In this document: in pieces, positions 47,870 to 58,356 of the stretch
Position numbering within the stretch: the stretch's first letter is position 1
How the letters are laid out: every line of letters starts with the position of its first letter
Assembly: GCF_007750395.1 (NCBI RefSeq)
Contig: NZ_CP036281.1
Coordinates: 159,211-223,210 of the forward strand
Length of the DNA stretch: 64,000 nucleotides
Direction: 5' to 3'
Origin: Polystyrenella longa
GTDB taxonomy: Bacteria > Planctomycetota > Planctomycetia > Planctomycetales > Planctomycetaceae
Translations under genes and position numbers: made by a program
The notes under the pieces: model-generated
Seen by the model: only the letters and a program-made list of their open reading frames with translations
Told to the model about the DNA's origin: nothing
The model's database searches: none

Positions 47870-50401
47870 ATGATGTTCCAGCGAACCATTGCGGTGGTTG
47901 TGCGCGCACTTTTCCACTCCATGACGAATCAACGACGTAAATCAGCAAGTTTTCACTCACATAAAAATGATCTTGTTTCCTCAGGAATTGAAGCCTTAGA
48001 AACACGGCAGATGCTATCCGGTACGGGCCCGGTGGGTACCAGTCCCGACACAGATGTGTCATATCAACAGAACTTTGAAGAGAATACCGATGGCATCCAA
48101 ATTGTGACGCCCGCAACTACCAGCGTCTTTGAAAAACTGGGTGACCACAGTTTGCAGTTCAATGATATTGGGCGAACGGGACTCTCGTTAGCGACTGTCG
48201 ATCTGGCTTCAGAATTGCCGGAAACATTTCTTGTTTCCACTGAATTTGAAGCTGTTTCTGGGGCAGGACGCTGGACGGACGCTTTCATTATCTTTGATTA
48301 TAAAAGCGAAACGGACTTCAAATTTGCTGGAACATTTGTCGGGCAAAATGAATGGGTTATCGGCCAGTATAGCGAACAGAACTTTCAGGACCGACGGGTC
48401 ACTGTCGATTGGGATGATGACGATCGCCACATTCGAGCAAATCATGAATACCATATGGAAATCCTGGTATTTGGTTCGTCAGTGGAGCTATCTGTCGATG
48501 GCGAGTCGGTTGCCACCTATGACTTCGGCGAAGAACTGAATCAAAACCCCGTAGGACTTGCGTCATACTTCGCATTGACTCGTTTTGATAACCTGAATGT
48601 TGCCGTCCCCAGTGGAGCCGACTTCCCTCATTTTGAGGGATTCGATTATGGAGAAGCTACTGCTCTTGCCTCGAACACTCCTGAAAAAGTATCTGTCATC
48701 ACTTCCGATTCGGAAGGCTACCTGAAACTCGATTCAACTGTCGGTGGAGGTTTGGGTCTCGCATCGTTAGAAATGTCTGCACCGCTTCCACTCAACTTTG
48801 ATATCTCCGCCGAGATGATGTCGGTAAGCTCGCCAGGAAAATGGCATGACGGATTCGTGATTTTCGATTACGTCAGCGATACAGACTTTAAATATGCGGG
48901 TGCTTTTCACGGTCAGAATCAATGGGCGATTGGTCACTATGAAGGCAACTGGGGCAATCGAGAGCTGGTCGTCGATTGGGACGATCTTGGAAAAACAATC
49001 GATGTGGGAACTTCCTACGAAATCTTTCTCGACATCAATGATAATTCAGTAACCATGCGAGTCGGTCAGGAGCTGATTGGCACCGCCGAATTTGCAGAGA
49101 ATCTGAACGGTGGGGATATTGGGCTCGCTTCTTTCAACGCGAATACTTGGTTCAAAAGTTTCCGTGTTCAAGATGTGATCATTGGCGCTTACGCGAATAT
49201 TCCGATCTCTGAAGACTTCGAATCGGGGACTACGGGTGAACTGACCCCTGTAGGCACTACTACAGGGACTGTTTCCACTTACGATGACAGCCAAGTCTTA
49301 AAGCTGGATAATGCGAGCACTTCGGGTACAGAATTCGCCATTCTTCCGGTAGGAACTCCGCTTCCCCACAAATTTAATGTTTCTGCCGACTTGGTTTTTG
49401 AATCGGGTTCTGTTGCCCAAATGGATGGCTTCATCGTATTTGATTTCGTTGACGAACTGAATTACAAATACGCCGGACTTAAGACAGATCAAGTATGGGT
49501 CATTGGTGAAAGCGTTGATGGCGTGAACAATGAAGTGGAAAGCTATCTCTTTTCGAATGAAGCCCGCTTTGTCGATCAAGGACAGAAATATACATTTCAT
49601 TTGGCAGTCAACGGTAATACAGCTGAACTGACTGTCAACGGAGAAACTCTAGTTACGGCAGACTTCGACTCCCCTGCATATAAAGGGACGGTCGGCTTAG
49701 CAGTCAGCAACGGAAGTACTCTGTTTGATAATTTCCAACTTGATGAGGCCATCGAAAAGGTCGTTGACTTTTCTCCCGACTATCGCGAAGACTTTCGTGT
49801 GACACTCGCTGGCCAATTTGATCACTACAACGAGCAACTCTGGGAAAAACAACGAATTGGTGGCGATTACTACAACACGGTTGATGGAACAGTCACGGGA
49901 GAATTAGGGGTGCTGATTCAACGCACACCGTATGAACTACCTGAAAACTTCTCGATCGGTACGACACTGGTTTCGCATTCACCGGGAATTGGAGAAGTGG
50001 TTGACCGCGAGTACAACGGGTTTGTCATCTTCGACTATGTCGACGAAACCGATTTCAAATATGCAGGTTTCCTTCCCGAAGCCGGTAAATGGATCATCGG
50101 TCACTACCTGGGTGATTTCGACACTCCAATCACTTCCGTAGATGCGAGTATAGAAACCGATGAAGAATACTCGATTGAACTTCGAGTGTATGGAGCGGAA
50201 GTCGAGTTGTTTGTCGGTGGGAGCCTGATGGCTTCTGCTGAGTTTGACAACGCTGTTAATGGTGGCGATACCGGTTTGGGAGCCAAAGGAGCCGAAACGA
50301 GCTTTGGCAATTTTCGACTCGATGAAATCGCTTCCTCCGTAGCAGTTCCTGCAGCCACAGATAGTGTGTTCGCAGAAGTAGGCGGCGGTCTATTGGACTA
50401 A
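47870..50401 (+). CDS. Large (843 aa) protein of four tandem ~190-aa concanavalin-A/LamG-like jelly-roll modules
   Basis: Four repeats share 'DGFVIFDYVSDTDFKYAG.F.GQN.W.IGHY...NGGD.GLAS'. Examples: DAFIIFDYKSETDFKFAGTFVGQNEWVIGQY, DGFVIFDYVSDTDFKYAGAFHGQNQWAIGHY, DGFIVFDFVDELNYKYAGLKTDQVWVIGES, NGFVIFDYVDETDFKYAGFLPEAGKWIIGHY. Preceded by a ~0.9 kb AT-rich non-coding tract. Confidence 0.7.
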   Translation: MMFQRTIAVVVRALFHSMTNQRRKSASFHSHKNDLVSSGIEALETRQMLSGTGPVGTSPDTDVSYQQNFEENTDGIQIVTPATTSVFEKLGDHSLQFNDIGRTGLSLATVDLASELPETFLVSTEFEAVSGAGRWTDAFIIFDYKSETDFKFAGTFVGQNEWVIGQYSEQNFQDRRVTVDWDDDDRHIRANHEYHMEILVFGSSVELSVDGESVATYDFGEELNQNPVGLASYFALTRFDNLNVAVPSGADFPHFEGFDYGEATALASNTPEKVSVITSDSEGYLKLDSTVGGGLGLASLEMSAPLPLNFDISAEMMSVSSPGKWHDGFVIFDYVSDTDFKYAGAFHGQNQWAIGHYEGNWGNRELVVDWDDLGKTIDVGTSYEIFLDINDNSVTMRVGQELIGTAEFAENLNGGDIGLASFNANTWFKSFRVQDVIIGAYANIPISEDFESGTTGELTPVGTTTGTVSTYDDSQVLKLDNASTSGTEFAILPVGTPLPHKFNVSADLVFESGSVAQMDGFIVFDFVDELNYKYAGLKTDQVWVIGESVDGVNNEVESYLFSNEARFVDQGQKYTFHLAVNGNTAELTVNGETLVTADFDSPAYKGTVGLAVSNGSTLFDNFQLDEAIEKVVDFSPDYREDFRVTLAGQFDHYNEQLWEKQRIGGDYYNTVDGTVTGELGVLIQRTPYELPENFSIGTTLVSHSPGIGEVVDREYNGFVIFDYVDETDFKYAGFLPEAGKWIIGHYLGDFDTPITSVDASIETDEEYSIELRVYGAEVELFVGGSLMASAEFDNAVNGGDTGLGAKGAETSFGNFRLDEIASSVAVPAATDSVFAEVGGGLLD

Positions 50402-50480
50402 TAACTTCATTATTTCCAGAGCAGATAATGATCTGTTTAGCTTGAAAGACTGTGTTCAAAAATCAGTATTAAAATAATTG

Positions 50481-50515
50481 AACTGCCGCACTGCAGAAGT
50501 GCGGCAGTTTTTTTA
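50481..50515 (+). terminator. Rho-independent terminator after the tandem-repeat protein gene
   Basis: AACTGCCGCACT-GCAGA-AGTGCGGCAGTT followed by TTTTTTT. Confidence 0.65.
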
Positions 50516-50688
50516 CGTCCTGGCGAAATTCGATGAGACCATTCGTTAACGTTAAAAAACGTGATTCATGTGTAGAATCTCGCCTCTATTTATTGCGTTG
50601 GGATTGATTTGTATGGTGAAATATCAACACGTTTCACAACTGCTTAACAATACCACTCTCTGCAGCGGGTCTGATTCAAGGATTCATA

Positions 50689-51444
50689 ATGGCCAATCCT
50701 CGCAATTACACTTACAACGATATATCGAAGCTCACGACCTTCACCGTAGTCACAATCTTGATTCGTGCAGTAGGGGTATTGGTCATGTCCAGCCTCTCGG
50801 TTTACCATCTTATGCTGGTCGAGAATAAGGGGCAACTAGATTCACGGACTCTCGTCGTTGAGAATCTAGTGGTAGTGAGTGCGCTTTGCGTTTTATTACT
50901 GTTGTTGCTCAACTTTTTAGTGTATTTAGTTTGGATATACCGCGTTTGCAAAAATGCTCATGCCCTCTCTCTTAATCATCCGGTCCGATTCAGTCCCGGT
51001 TGGGCTGTAGGATGGTATTTTGTACCGATTGCCAACATCTTTAAGCCACCGCGTGTGATGGCGGCTATTTGGAGTAACAGTTCCCCAGATATCAGTAGAG
51101 AAGGTTCAGATGACTCAAACCAGACGATCAATCTCTGGTGGGCTTTATGGATTCTGACTAGCGTAGTGAATCAAGTATCAGCAAATGAAAACCTGGCAAT
51201 ATCGACACAGACCACGCTTACGATTGTGGCGTTGGGAATGGATTTATGTCTGTGCTACCTCTGGATCAACATCGTTCGGCAAGTTCAGTCGATGCAGCAA
51301 GAAAAGTTTGCGATCTATGATAATCTGAGCGTGACTTGTTCGGCATGCGGCGAACCTATTGTGAACTCGAAAGCGGCCAACTGCGAAATGTGTGGCGAGC
51401 CTGTTCCTGCATCCGCAACCACCGGAAGTGATTCGTTCTTATAG
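50689..51444 (+). CDS. DUF4328-domain membrane protein with C-terminal CxxC...CxxC zinc-ribbon
   Basis: 'VWIYRVCKNAHALSLNHPVRFSPGWAVGWYFVPIANIFKPPRVMAAIW' matches the DUF4328 core. C-terminus 'CSACGEPIVNSKAANCEMCGEP'. Confidence 0.6.
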   Translation: MANPRNYTYNDISKLTTFTVVTILIRAVGVLVMSSLSVYHLMLVENKGQLDSRTLVVENLVVVSALCVLLLLLLNFLVYLVWIYRVCKNAHALSLNHPVRFSPGWAVGWYFVPIANIFKPPRVMAAIWSNSSPDISREGSDDSNQTINLWWALWILTSVVNQVSANENLAISTQTTLTIVALGMDLCLCYLWINIVRQVQSMQQEKFAIYDNLSVTCSACGEPIVNSKAANCEMCGEPVPASATTGSDSFL

Positions 51445-51497
51445 ACGATCTAATCGTCTATAACGTTTCCAAAAGTGAACTGATGATCGAGCCGAAA

Positions 51498-52319
51498 TTA
51501 GTCTTGTTTTCCGTTGTACTCGCCCAATTTGTCCGCATCGGGAAGGTGCTCCTGCAAGTTGAACTTAGGACGTTCATGTTGATTAACGAATGCGGCAATG
51601 TCGAACGCCTCCTGCGTCGTTAAGGTTTCATCATCCAATGGCATGGCGACTTTCAGCCAACTGGCGAGCTTGTCGTTGTGACTTAATCCGGCACCGTCGT
51701 TAAAAGAATCGGCACCCCAGACAGGTGGTCCACTTTCCAGGCCCTCTCCAGTGTTGCCGTGGCAGTCAGCACATCGTTCGACGTATAACTCTTTACCTCG
51801 AACGGGATCGGGTTTGAAGTTTTTAATATCCAGAGAGGGAACGTGCCGAGGACCGAGAGGTTTGTTTGGATTCTGAGCGATGGACTGACCCGTTGAGAGC
51901 CAGGTGATATAGGTCGTGATCGCCACAGAGACTTCGCTTCCCAGAGGGGGGCGAACACCGTTTTGACTTCGCATGAAACAATTGAGGACCCGGTCCTCCA
52001 GTGTAATTGCTCTTTCCTCCCGGGGAGACCACGCAGGATAGGCAGTTGCAATACCGATGAAGCTGGCTGCTTGCGGATGCTGTCCTCCATCGAGATGACA
52101 GGAGGTGCAGTTAAGCGCATTTCCAACGTACTTTTTCGACAGCGGATGTTCCTTTGTCTCGAAGACAATCTCTTCTCCAAGACGAACCACTTTTCCAAGA
52201 TTGCCCGGAGGGTAGTCCTTCGGAACTAAAGACGTCGGCTCCTCAGCGATACCAAACGTCGAAATCAGGACCAGGCAAACCGTGGGGATGGATCGCACGA
52301 ACAAATCTATTTTCAACAT
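51498..52319 (-). CDS. Diheme c-type cytochrome (TsdA/SoxA-like fold)
   Basis: Signal peptide. Two heme-binding motifs, 'CTSCH' and 'CADCH'. 273 aa. Confidence 0.8.
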   Translation of the reverse strand: MLKIDLFVRSIPTVCLVLISTFGIAEEPTSLVPKDYPPGNLGKVVRLGEEIVFETKEHPLSKKYVGNALNCTSCHLDGGQHPQAASFIGIATAYPAWSPREERAITLEDRVLNCFMRSQNGVRPPLGSEVSVAITTYITWLSTGQSIAQNPNKPLGPRHVPSLDIKNFKPDPVRGKELYVERCADCHGNTGEGLESGPPVWGADSFNDGAGLSHNDKLASWLKVAMPLDDETLTTQEAFDIAAFVNQHERPKFNLQEHLPDADKLGEYNGKQD

Positions 52320-52531
52320 GTATGAATCTCAATTGCGAATCACGATGAACTGTAACCAGTTTCGGACAATTACATTTTAGAGTGGGTTGGAATTAGCCAT
52401 TTCCAAAAGAACCAGTCCTATCCCTGATCGTGAGATGGGGAACTCACAGAAGGAATGAAATATCTGTTTCTACAATGATTAGACGTTCGTCACTGAATAT
52501 CTGTGATTTAGCTTACAGTTTATGGTTATGG

Positions 52532-53479
52532 CTACTTGAGACAACGTTCACAGATGCTGACGATATGGGCAATATCTGTTCCGCAGCAACCCCCAAAGAC
52601 ACGCAGTTCGGGCAGTCGATTTCTTAGCTGCAAATAGCGGTCCCCGAAATCCTGTGGGTCACCTGCGTCCAGTACTGTGGAGTTATCAAGTTCCGCATGG
52701 CTCATAGTGGAGGCATTGGCGCGAATCGTACCGATTCTTGCAGTCCATGAATCCTGAGTGTCGAGTTGGCTGTCGAAATGCGTGGGATGAGCACAATTAA
52801 TCCCGAAATAACTCACAGCGTCTGGCGCTTCCTGATCGACATAGGCGATGGCTTCGTTCAATTTCATTCCCGAAGGGAGCGAGCCGTCCGTTTCTACGGT
52901 AAAGGAGATTACAGCAGGCATCTCTGCTGACTGAGCAGTTTTCGCGATTCCGGTGGCTTCTTCTGCGGTCGTGATCGTCATTGCGCAGATGCAATCTGCT
53001 CCCGCGTCGCGTAATGTCTCTACCTGTTCGCGATGGTACTCGGCGGATTCGTCAATCGTCATCACCTGAGCGACTTTGTATCCGTCCGCTCGGGGACCCA
53101 GGTTCCCGCTGACAATGAACCGACCCGAAGTCAGGTTCGTTTCCTGTCGCAGGTCCTGCAACAGATGAACGGCGGCAATGTTTAACCGACGGCGATCAGC
53201 CGCATTGTAACCGAGTCGTTCCGCCCAATCCCGATTCATACGCCAGGTCGGCGTCTCCAATACCACGCCGCATTTGTATTGTTGAGCGAGCGCAACAAAC
53301 TCCCGATAGTACTGTTTCAATCGGCTGCGGTTGGCCGGATCATCCAGCAGGACTGCGGTGCAGAAATGGGGGATATCGATCCCATGATTGAAAATGAAAT
53401 CGGTTTCCAGCCCGGCTTCAGTTAGAAAAGATTCTCCAGACTGCGGGAGGAGGACGCGTTCAAATGTTGCGAGATCCAT
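52532..53479 (-). CDS. Homocysteine S-methyltransferase family protein (MmuM/BHMT-like)
   Basis: 'TDFIFNHGIDIPHF', 'VVLETPTWRMN', 'ICAMTIT', C-terminal zinc-binding 'VFGGCCGTDIAHI'. Confidence 0.8.
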   Translation of the reverse strand: MDLATFERVLLPQSGESFLTEAGLETDFIFNHGIDIPHFCTAVLLDDPANRSRLKQYYREFVALAQQYKCGVVLETPTWRMNRDWAERLGYNAADRRRLNIAAVHLLQDLRQETNLTSGRFIVSGNLGPRADGYKVAQVMTIDESAEYHREQVETLRDAGADCICAMTITTAEEATGIAKTAQSAEMPAVISFTVETDGSLPSGMKLNEAIAYVDQEAPDAVSYFGINCAHPTHFDSQLDTQDSWTARIGTIRANASTMSHAELDNSTVLDAGDPQDFGDRYLQLRNRLPELRVFGGCCGTDIAHIVSICERCLK

Positions 53480-53746
53480 GTTGATTCTTCCGATTGAGGG
53501 ATTCGGTTGAGTAGGGTCACTTCCGCCATCTTACGTCGCCAGCAGGAAGAGGGCCAAGTAAAAAGTAAATACGCATCCGAGATGAGATCTCTTCCCGAAA
53601 TCGGTATGGACTGATTTTCGTCTGAGGATACAGGCCTCGAAGAGTTTCACTCTGGACGGTATGATTCAGGGATCAAAAAGAATCTCAGTCTGTTGGGGAC
53701 GATTTAACATCGAGTGGCTGAGCTGGCATCGTAGGAGAGACTATCA

Positions 53747-54643
53747 GTGAGTAATCGTCGATCAGATCTTTATCGGGAGGCGATCCGCGCTTCTGTGTTT
53801 GGTCTGATTGTGAACGTACTGCTGGGAATCGTTAAATTGATCTCGGGGATTGTGGGCGGTTCCTACGCACTGATTTCTGATGCGGTGAACTCTATCGGAG
53901 ATTCGCTGACTTCCTTGGTGGTTACTTTCGCTCTCTTCTTCTCCCAACGTCCGGCAGATCGAGAGCATCCTTATGGACATACACGAGCCGAAGCGATTGC
54001 GGCCTCCAATGTCGCGTTAGTCATTATTCTATCCGCGTTCTATGTTGCCTGGGGGGCAATTCAACGGTTTTCCGAGCCCCATGAAATCCCTCCAGTATGG
54101 ACACTATGGGTCGCGGGATTAAACGTCTTCATCAAAGAAGGTTTGTATCGCTACAAGCTGAAGGTCGGACAGAAAACGGGATCAACGGCCATTCTAGCGA
54201 ACGCCTGGGATCATCGTAGCGACGCCCTCTGTTCACTGGCGGTCTTCGCCGGTTTAAGCATCATTCGCTGGGGAGGTCCGGCTTACCTGTGGATTGACGA
54301 GTGTGCGGCGATCCTCGTTTCGCTGGTCATTCTGTGGAATGGTTTTCATCTGTTTCAGAAAAGCGCCAGCGAATTGATGGACGTGCAAGCAGACGATGGA
54401 TTCATCGAACAAATCAAACAGCGAGCAGAAGAGGTCGAAGGCGTGCAGGAAGTCGAGACGCTCTGGGTGCGCAAATCGGGACTGGAGTTTTTCGTCGACA
54501 TTCATATCGAGGTCGACGCCCGTCTCACCGTGGCGGAAGGCCATTTGATCGGTCATCAAGTCAAGGACCGACTTTTGCAGGACTTCAGTTCATTAAGGGA
54601 TGTCCTGGTCCACTTGGAGCCTCATCCGCATGAACGTCATTAG
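53747..54643 (+). CDS. Cation diffusion facilitator (CDF) family transporter
   Basis: 'ASVFGLIVNVLLGIVKLISGIVGGSYALISDAVNSIGDSLTSLVV', 'HPYGHTRAEAIAASNVALVII', C-terminal cytoplasmic domain. 298 aa. Confidence 0.85.
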   Translation: MSNRRSDLYREAIRASVFGLIVNVLLGIVKLISGIVGGSYALISDAVNSIGDSLTSLVVTFALFFSQRPADREHPYGHTRAEAIAASNVALVIILSAFYVAWGAIQRFSEPHEIPPVWTLWVAGLNVFIKEGLYRYKLKVGQKTGSTAILANAWDHRSDALCSLAVFAGLSIIRWGGPAYLWIDECAAILVSLVILWNGFHLFQKSASELMDVQADDGFIEQIKQRAEEVEGVQEVETLWVRKSGLEFFVDIHIEVDARLTVAEGHLIGHQVKDRLLQDFSSLRDVLVHLEPHPHERH

Positions 54644-54676
54644 ACGCACGGCTTCAAAGCGATGAATCCATCTCGC

Positions 54677-55693
54677 TTAATATTTGCTGTCGTCTTCTTC
54701 ATCTTCATCATCGTCGTCTTCTTCATTGAAGTCGGGGTGCAGCGGATCGTTACTGTTGAAGAAGAAGTCGCCGAGGCCCATCGGAAGAAAATTACCGCCT
54801 AAGTTCTGCTTGCGCTGGTCAGACATCGATTCAAGATCGAGTGCTTCAGGTCCCAGGCAGCGTTCGAGTGCCTCATGCCACGCATCATCCTGACTCAGGG
54901 CGTGGTCTGGATCGGACGCAATCCGTTTCTGGGCATAGCGGAGCATATTGATTCCATCGCGCGTCGAGAAATCGAGTTTAAGCTCGTGGGCTTTCTGCAG
55001 AAACTCTACCGTCAGATCGAGCAGTTCCGAGTCGACGAAGGGGAGATGATACTTGAGGATCGCCATTTCATCATCACGTTCGGGATGGGCGAGCGTCAAT
55101 GTGGGTTGCAGACGGCTGAGAATGTAGTCGGGAATCTCAAACGTCGATTCATCTTCATTCATCGTTACGGCACAACGAAAGTCGGGATGCGCGTGGATAG
55201 TGATTCCGGCAATGATCGATTCGACATAACGCCGATGGTCGAGGAGGGGAGCCAGGCTGGCCCAAGACTTTTCATTCATCCTGTTCCCTTCGTCCAGCAG
55301 ACAAATGCCTCCACGAAGCATGGCGGTTACCAGCGGCGAAGCGTGATACAGAATCCGGCCCTGGTCCCCTAATACGGGAGTGATCAGCAAATCTTCCGGG
55401 CGGGTATCGGCCGTGCACTGGTAGACGTACAAGTCCTGTTTGCGTTGTTTGGCAGCCGAAATGGCCAGTGTCGTCTTACCAATACCGGGGGAACCGACCA
55501 AGCGTGGCGAGAGGGCCAGGTCGCGGGGATCGACCATAATCCAACAGGCCAAGAGCTGTTTCAGGATCTCAGTTTGGCCGATCCATTCGGTTTTCGATTC
55601 GTCCGGATGCCCCAGGTACAGGGTTACGCCATCGATTTCAACCGTCTGTTGAACGGCTTTGGGAGTGCTGCTGCTCGATTCGGAAGAGGTCAT
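54677..55693 (-). CDS. AAA+ ATPase of the MoxR/CbbQ (AAA_5) type with poly-acidic C-terminal tail; no adjacent VWA partner
   Basis: Walker A '[11 protein letters not shown]', Walker B '[10 protein letters not shown]', sensor regions. C-terminus '[16 protein letters not shown]'. Confidence 0.7.
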   Translation of the reverse strand: MTSSESSSSTPKAVQQTVEIDGVTLYLGHPDESKTEWIGQTEILKQLLACWIMVDPRDLALSPRLVGSPGIGKTTLAISAAKQRKQDLYVYQCTADTRPEDLLITPVLGDQGRILYHASPLVTAMLRGGICLLDEGNRMNEKSWASLAPLLDHRRYVESIIAGITIHAHPDFRCAVTMNEDESTFEIPDYILSRLQPTLTLAHPERDDEMAILKYHLPFVDSELLDLTVEFLQKAHELKLDFSTRDGINMLRYAQKRIASDPDHALSQDDAWHEALERCLGPEALDLESMSDQRKQNLGGNFLPMGLGDFFFNSNDPLHPDFNEEDDDDEDEEDDSKY

Positions 55694-55882
55694 ATGTGAA
55701 GATTCGGGTTTGGCTCAGGCGATGAATTGTTAAGATACGACAGTTTTCTGACGTCAGTATAGCCTGTGGAGGATGAAATCTACAGGTTGATCCCTGTCCG
55801 ATAGAGCGCATCTCATATCCGCAGCCAAAGCCAATTTTACGCGTTTGGCGGCACAAAACCCATTGGCGAACAGGTCCCCGCA

Positions 55883-56656
55883 ATGAGTGATGAATTCAAA
55901 GAAAAGATTCCGCCCGAAGAATTGGCGAGTCAACCAACACCCGATCTAACCTTTCTGGAAGGTCCCCGTTCGCGAACAGGCGAATTCTTTCGAGTGTTAC
56001 GAATCATGCGAGAGTTCATTCGCGGGTTTCGGGCACTCCACTTTCTGGGGCCTTGTGTGACCGTCTTCGGCTCGGCTCGTTTCACAGAAGATCATCGATA
56101 CTACCAGCTGGCACGAGATGTGGGTGCAGCCGTGGCGAACGAGGGATTCACTGTTTTGACGGGCGGTGGACCAGGGATCATGGAAGCGGCCAACCGGGGC
56201 GCATTTGAAGTCGGCGGACGTTCAGTGGGATGTAACATTATTCTGCCGCACGAGCAGGATCCGAATCCCTACATCGATAAGGTGGTCGACTTCAATTACT
56301 TCTTCGTCCGCAAAGTCATGCTGGTGAAATACTCGCAGGCTTTTTTCATTCTTCCGGGCGGCTTTGGGACTCTTGACGAAGCCTTTGAAGCAAGCACGCT
56401 TATTCAAACCGGCAAAGTATACGACTTCCCCATTATCTTTATGGGAACCGATTACTGGGAGCCTCTGCTCAAGTTCGTGCGGGAAGACATGGTAGAGGCG
56501 GCGACGATTGACGAGGAAGACTATCACCGCTTTTACGTTACCGATTCGGTGGAGGAAGCGGTTAGCTTTCTCGAACGTTGTCCTTCTCGTCCCGACCAGA
56601 AAAAGCAGGATTCCGTACAAACGCGCAGTTGGACGAACGTGAAAGCGCCGAAATAA
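55883..56656 (+). CDS. LOG family protein (cytokinin riboside 5'-monophosphate phosphoribohydrolase-like / TIGR00730)
   Basis: 'VTVFGSARF', 'VLTGGGPGIMEAANRGA', 'PGGFGTLDEAFE' (PGGxGTxxE LOG signature). Confidence 0.8.
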   Translation: MSDEFKEKIPPEELASQPTPDLTFLEGPRSRTGEFFRVLRIMREFIRGFRALHFLGPCVTVFGSARFTEDHRYYQLARDVGAAVANEGFTVLTGGGPGIMEAANRGAFEVGGRSVGCNIILPHEQDPNPYIDKVVDFNYFFVRKVMLVKYSQAFFILPGGFGTLDEAFEASTLIQTGKVYDFPIIFMGTDYWEPLLKFVREDMVEAATIDEEDYHRFYVTDSVEEAVSFLERCPSRPDQKKQDSVQTRSWTNVKAPK

Positions 56657-56677
56657 ATCGAACTAATTCAGTATCGA

Positions 56678-57541
56678 TTACTTGTTCAGTTGGCGGTACT
56701 GTTTACTCGCTTTTTCCAGCGTTTTACGTTCCTTGCTGGTCAGCGAGGCTTCGCCCTCTTCGTGAATTTTCGCCAGAATGCGGTCGACTTCTTCGTTCAG
56801 TTGCACCTGCTTTTTCGAAGGGCCTGTGGGGGTATGTATTTTCAGTTTTGGTTTACGACTGAAGATACCTTTCAGCTTGCTGACCGATTCGCGCCCTTCA
56901 AACAGACTGGACAGGTTCCAATGAAAGTATTGATAAGCAATACCGAAGACCGCTCCCCCCAGGTGCGCGGCATGAGCCGTGCCAGATGCCGTATTGCCGG
57001 CGCTGAGCAGGGAGAGCACGAAAAACCCGATGGCGAGCCAGCGAAGTTCAATGGGGATGATCCCCATGAGCAGCAGCTTCATACGGGGGAACTTCATTGC
57101 TGCGAGGAGGAGCAGACCTGAAACTCCTGCAGAAGCACCAATCACGATGGCATCAAACCCGAAGTTGACCACAACTTGGGCCAAACCCCCGACGACAATC
57201 GCCACCAGATAGAAAGCCAGAAATTCAGAAGTCTTCATCGACTGGCTGAGCAACCGCCCGAAGATATACAGGTTGAACATATTGAACAGAATGTGGAAGA
57301 ATCCGCCGTGGCAGAAACCATACGTCACGACCCTCCAGATCTGGCCTTGAAACAACTCCTGATTACGGAGCATCAGCCAGTAGGTCACCTGTTCCCCCAC
57401 GGTGACGGACATATTCTGCAGGAGGAATACCACCACATTAATGATAATTATTGTGATGATGAGTCGATCTGCTGAACCGGAAGAGGGACCTCCAAAGAAG
57501 GAGGGTTCGTCCTGCATGTAGCCACGATTTTCGAGTCCCAT
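56678..57541 (-). CDS. Rhomboid family intramembrane serine protease
   Basis: 'GASAGVSGLL' (GxSG catalytic Ser) and 'AHLGGAVFG' (catalytic His) in TM helices. C-terminal cytoplasmic coiled/basic tail. Confidence 0.8.
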   Translation of the reverse strand: MGLENRGYMQDEPSFFGGPSSGSADRLIITIIIINVVVFLLQNMSVTVGEQVTYWLMLRNQELFQGQIWRVVTYGFCHGGFFHILFNMFNLYIFGRLLSQSMKTSEFLAFYLVAIVVGGLAQVVVNFGFDAIVIGASAGVSGLLLLAAMKFPRMKLLLMGIIPIELRWLAIGFFVLSLLSAGNTASGTAHAAHLGGAVFGIAYQYFHWNLSSLFEGRESVSKLKGIFSRKPKLKIHTPTGPSKKQVQLNEEVDRILAKIHEEGEASLTSKERKTLEKASKQYRQLNK

Positions 57542-57750
57542 GTGTCTGCAATAGCTCCGCGCTGGAGAAGGCTGGGGGAAGAGGAGGGAAGGCGATAAGG
57601 AATTCGTCGTTCTCTCATTATAGAGCCGGTCTTTCGCAAAGCGAGACCGTTTTCAGGGCGATCAGTTCCGTAAGTCTGATCGGCCCTATCATACGTCAGG
57701 AGGGGAGGGGAAATAAAGAGAAGTCGCTCGCCGTACAGAATAGAATCGTC

Positions 57751-58353
57751 TTAACTTCTTGCCGATAATACAGTTTCAGCGACGATCACGATAACCGTGA
57801 GTGTAACCACTCCCCATATATGACGTCTGTTCACGGGACGGGGAGATTTTCCAAGCCCAAATTCGGAGCCTTGGCCATTCCAAAGCAAAAATCCGGACAC
57901 CGTACAGACAATACCGAACAAAACCAGCAGCCAAAGAGGTGTTCCCAATCTCAGCAGTTCACGCGTGTCTCCCACGGCCTCCAGGGGAGCGAGACCGAGG
58001 TAGGTTCCGTTGGAAATCAGGCAGAACCCGGCGAAGAACCGCCAGAGGTATGCGACAGTTGGGATGAGCCACTGAGAAATTTGCCATCCCAGCACTGGTA
58101 GCAGCACTCCCACTAGCGGACCACCCCAGACGACCCAGAGCGGAGATGGGTTCGGCCTGACATCGGTTCGGGAAATCGTCAGTGGATGGAGTACGACTTC
58201 AACGACGTTACCTCCGGTTCCGAAAGCCAGCAGAATATGCCCCAGTTCGTGGACAATCATCATGCTTAACCAGGAGAGCAACATCAGACTGACGATGAGC
58301 AGGAACCGATCCCTACCGGGCGAAGAGGTGTTCGCATGGGCGGGGCGGTTCAT
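57751..58353 (-). CDS. Small polytopic membrane protein with HExxH zinc-metallopeptidase motif (M50/DUF3267-like)
   Basis: 'MIVHELGHIL' within the first TM. 4-5 predicted TM helices. 200 aa. Gene start abuts the upstream alpha/beta-hydrolase gene (4-nt gap). Confidence 0.5.
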   Translation of the reverse strand: MNRPAHANTSSPGRDRFLLIVSLMLLSWLSMMIVHELGHILLAFGTGGNVVEVVLHPLTISRTDVRPNPSPLWVVWGGPLVGVLLPVLGWQISQWLIPTVAYLWRFFAGFCLISNGTYLGLAPLEAVGDTRELLRLGTPLWLLVLFGIVCTVSGFLLWNGQGSEFGLGKSPRPVNRRHIWGVVTLTVIVIVAETVLSARS

Positions 58354-58356
58354 GGG

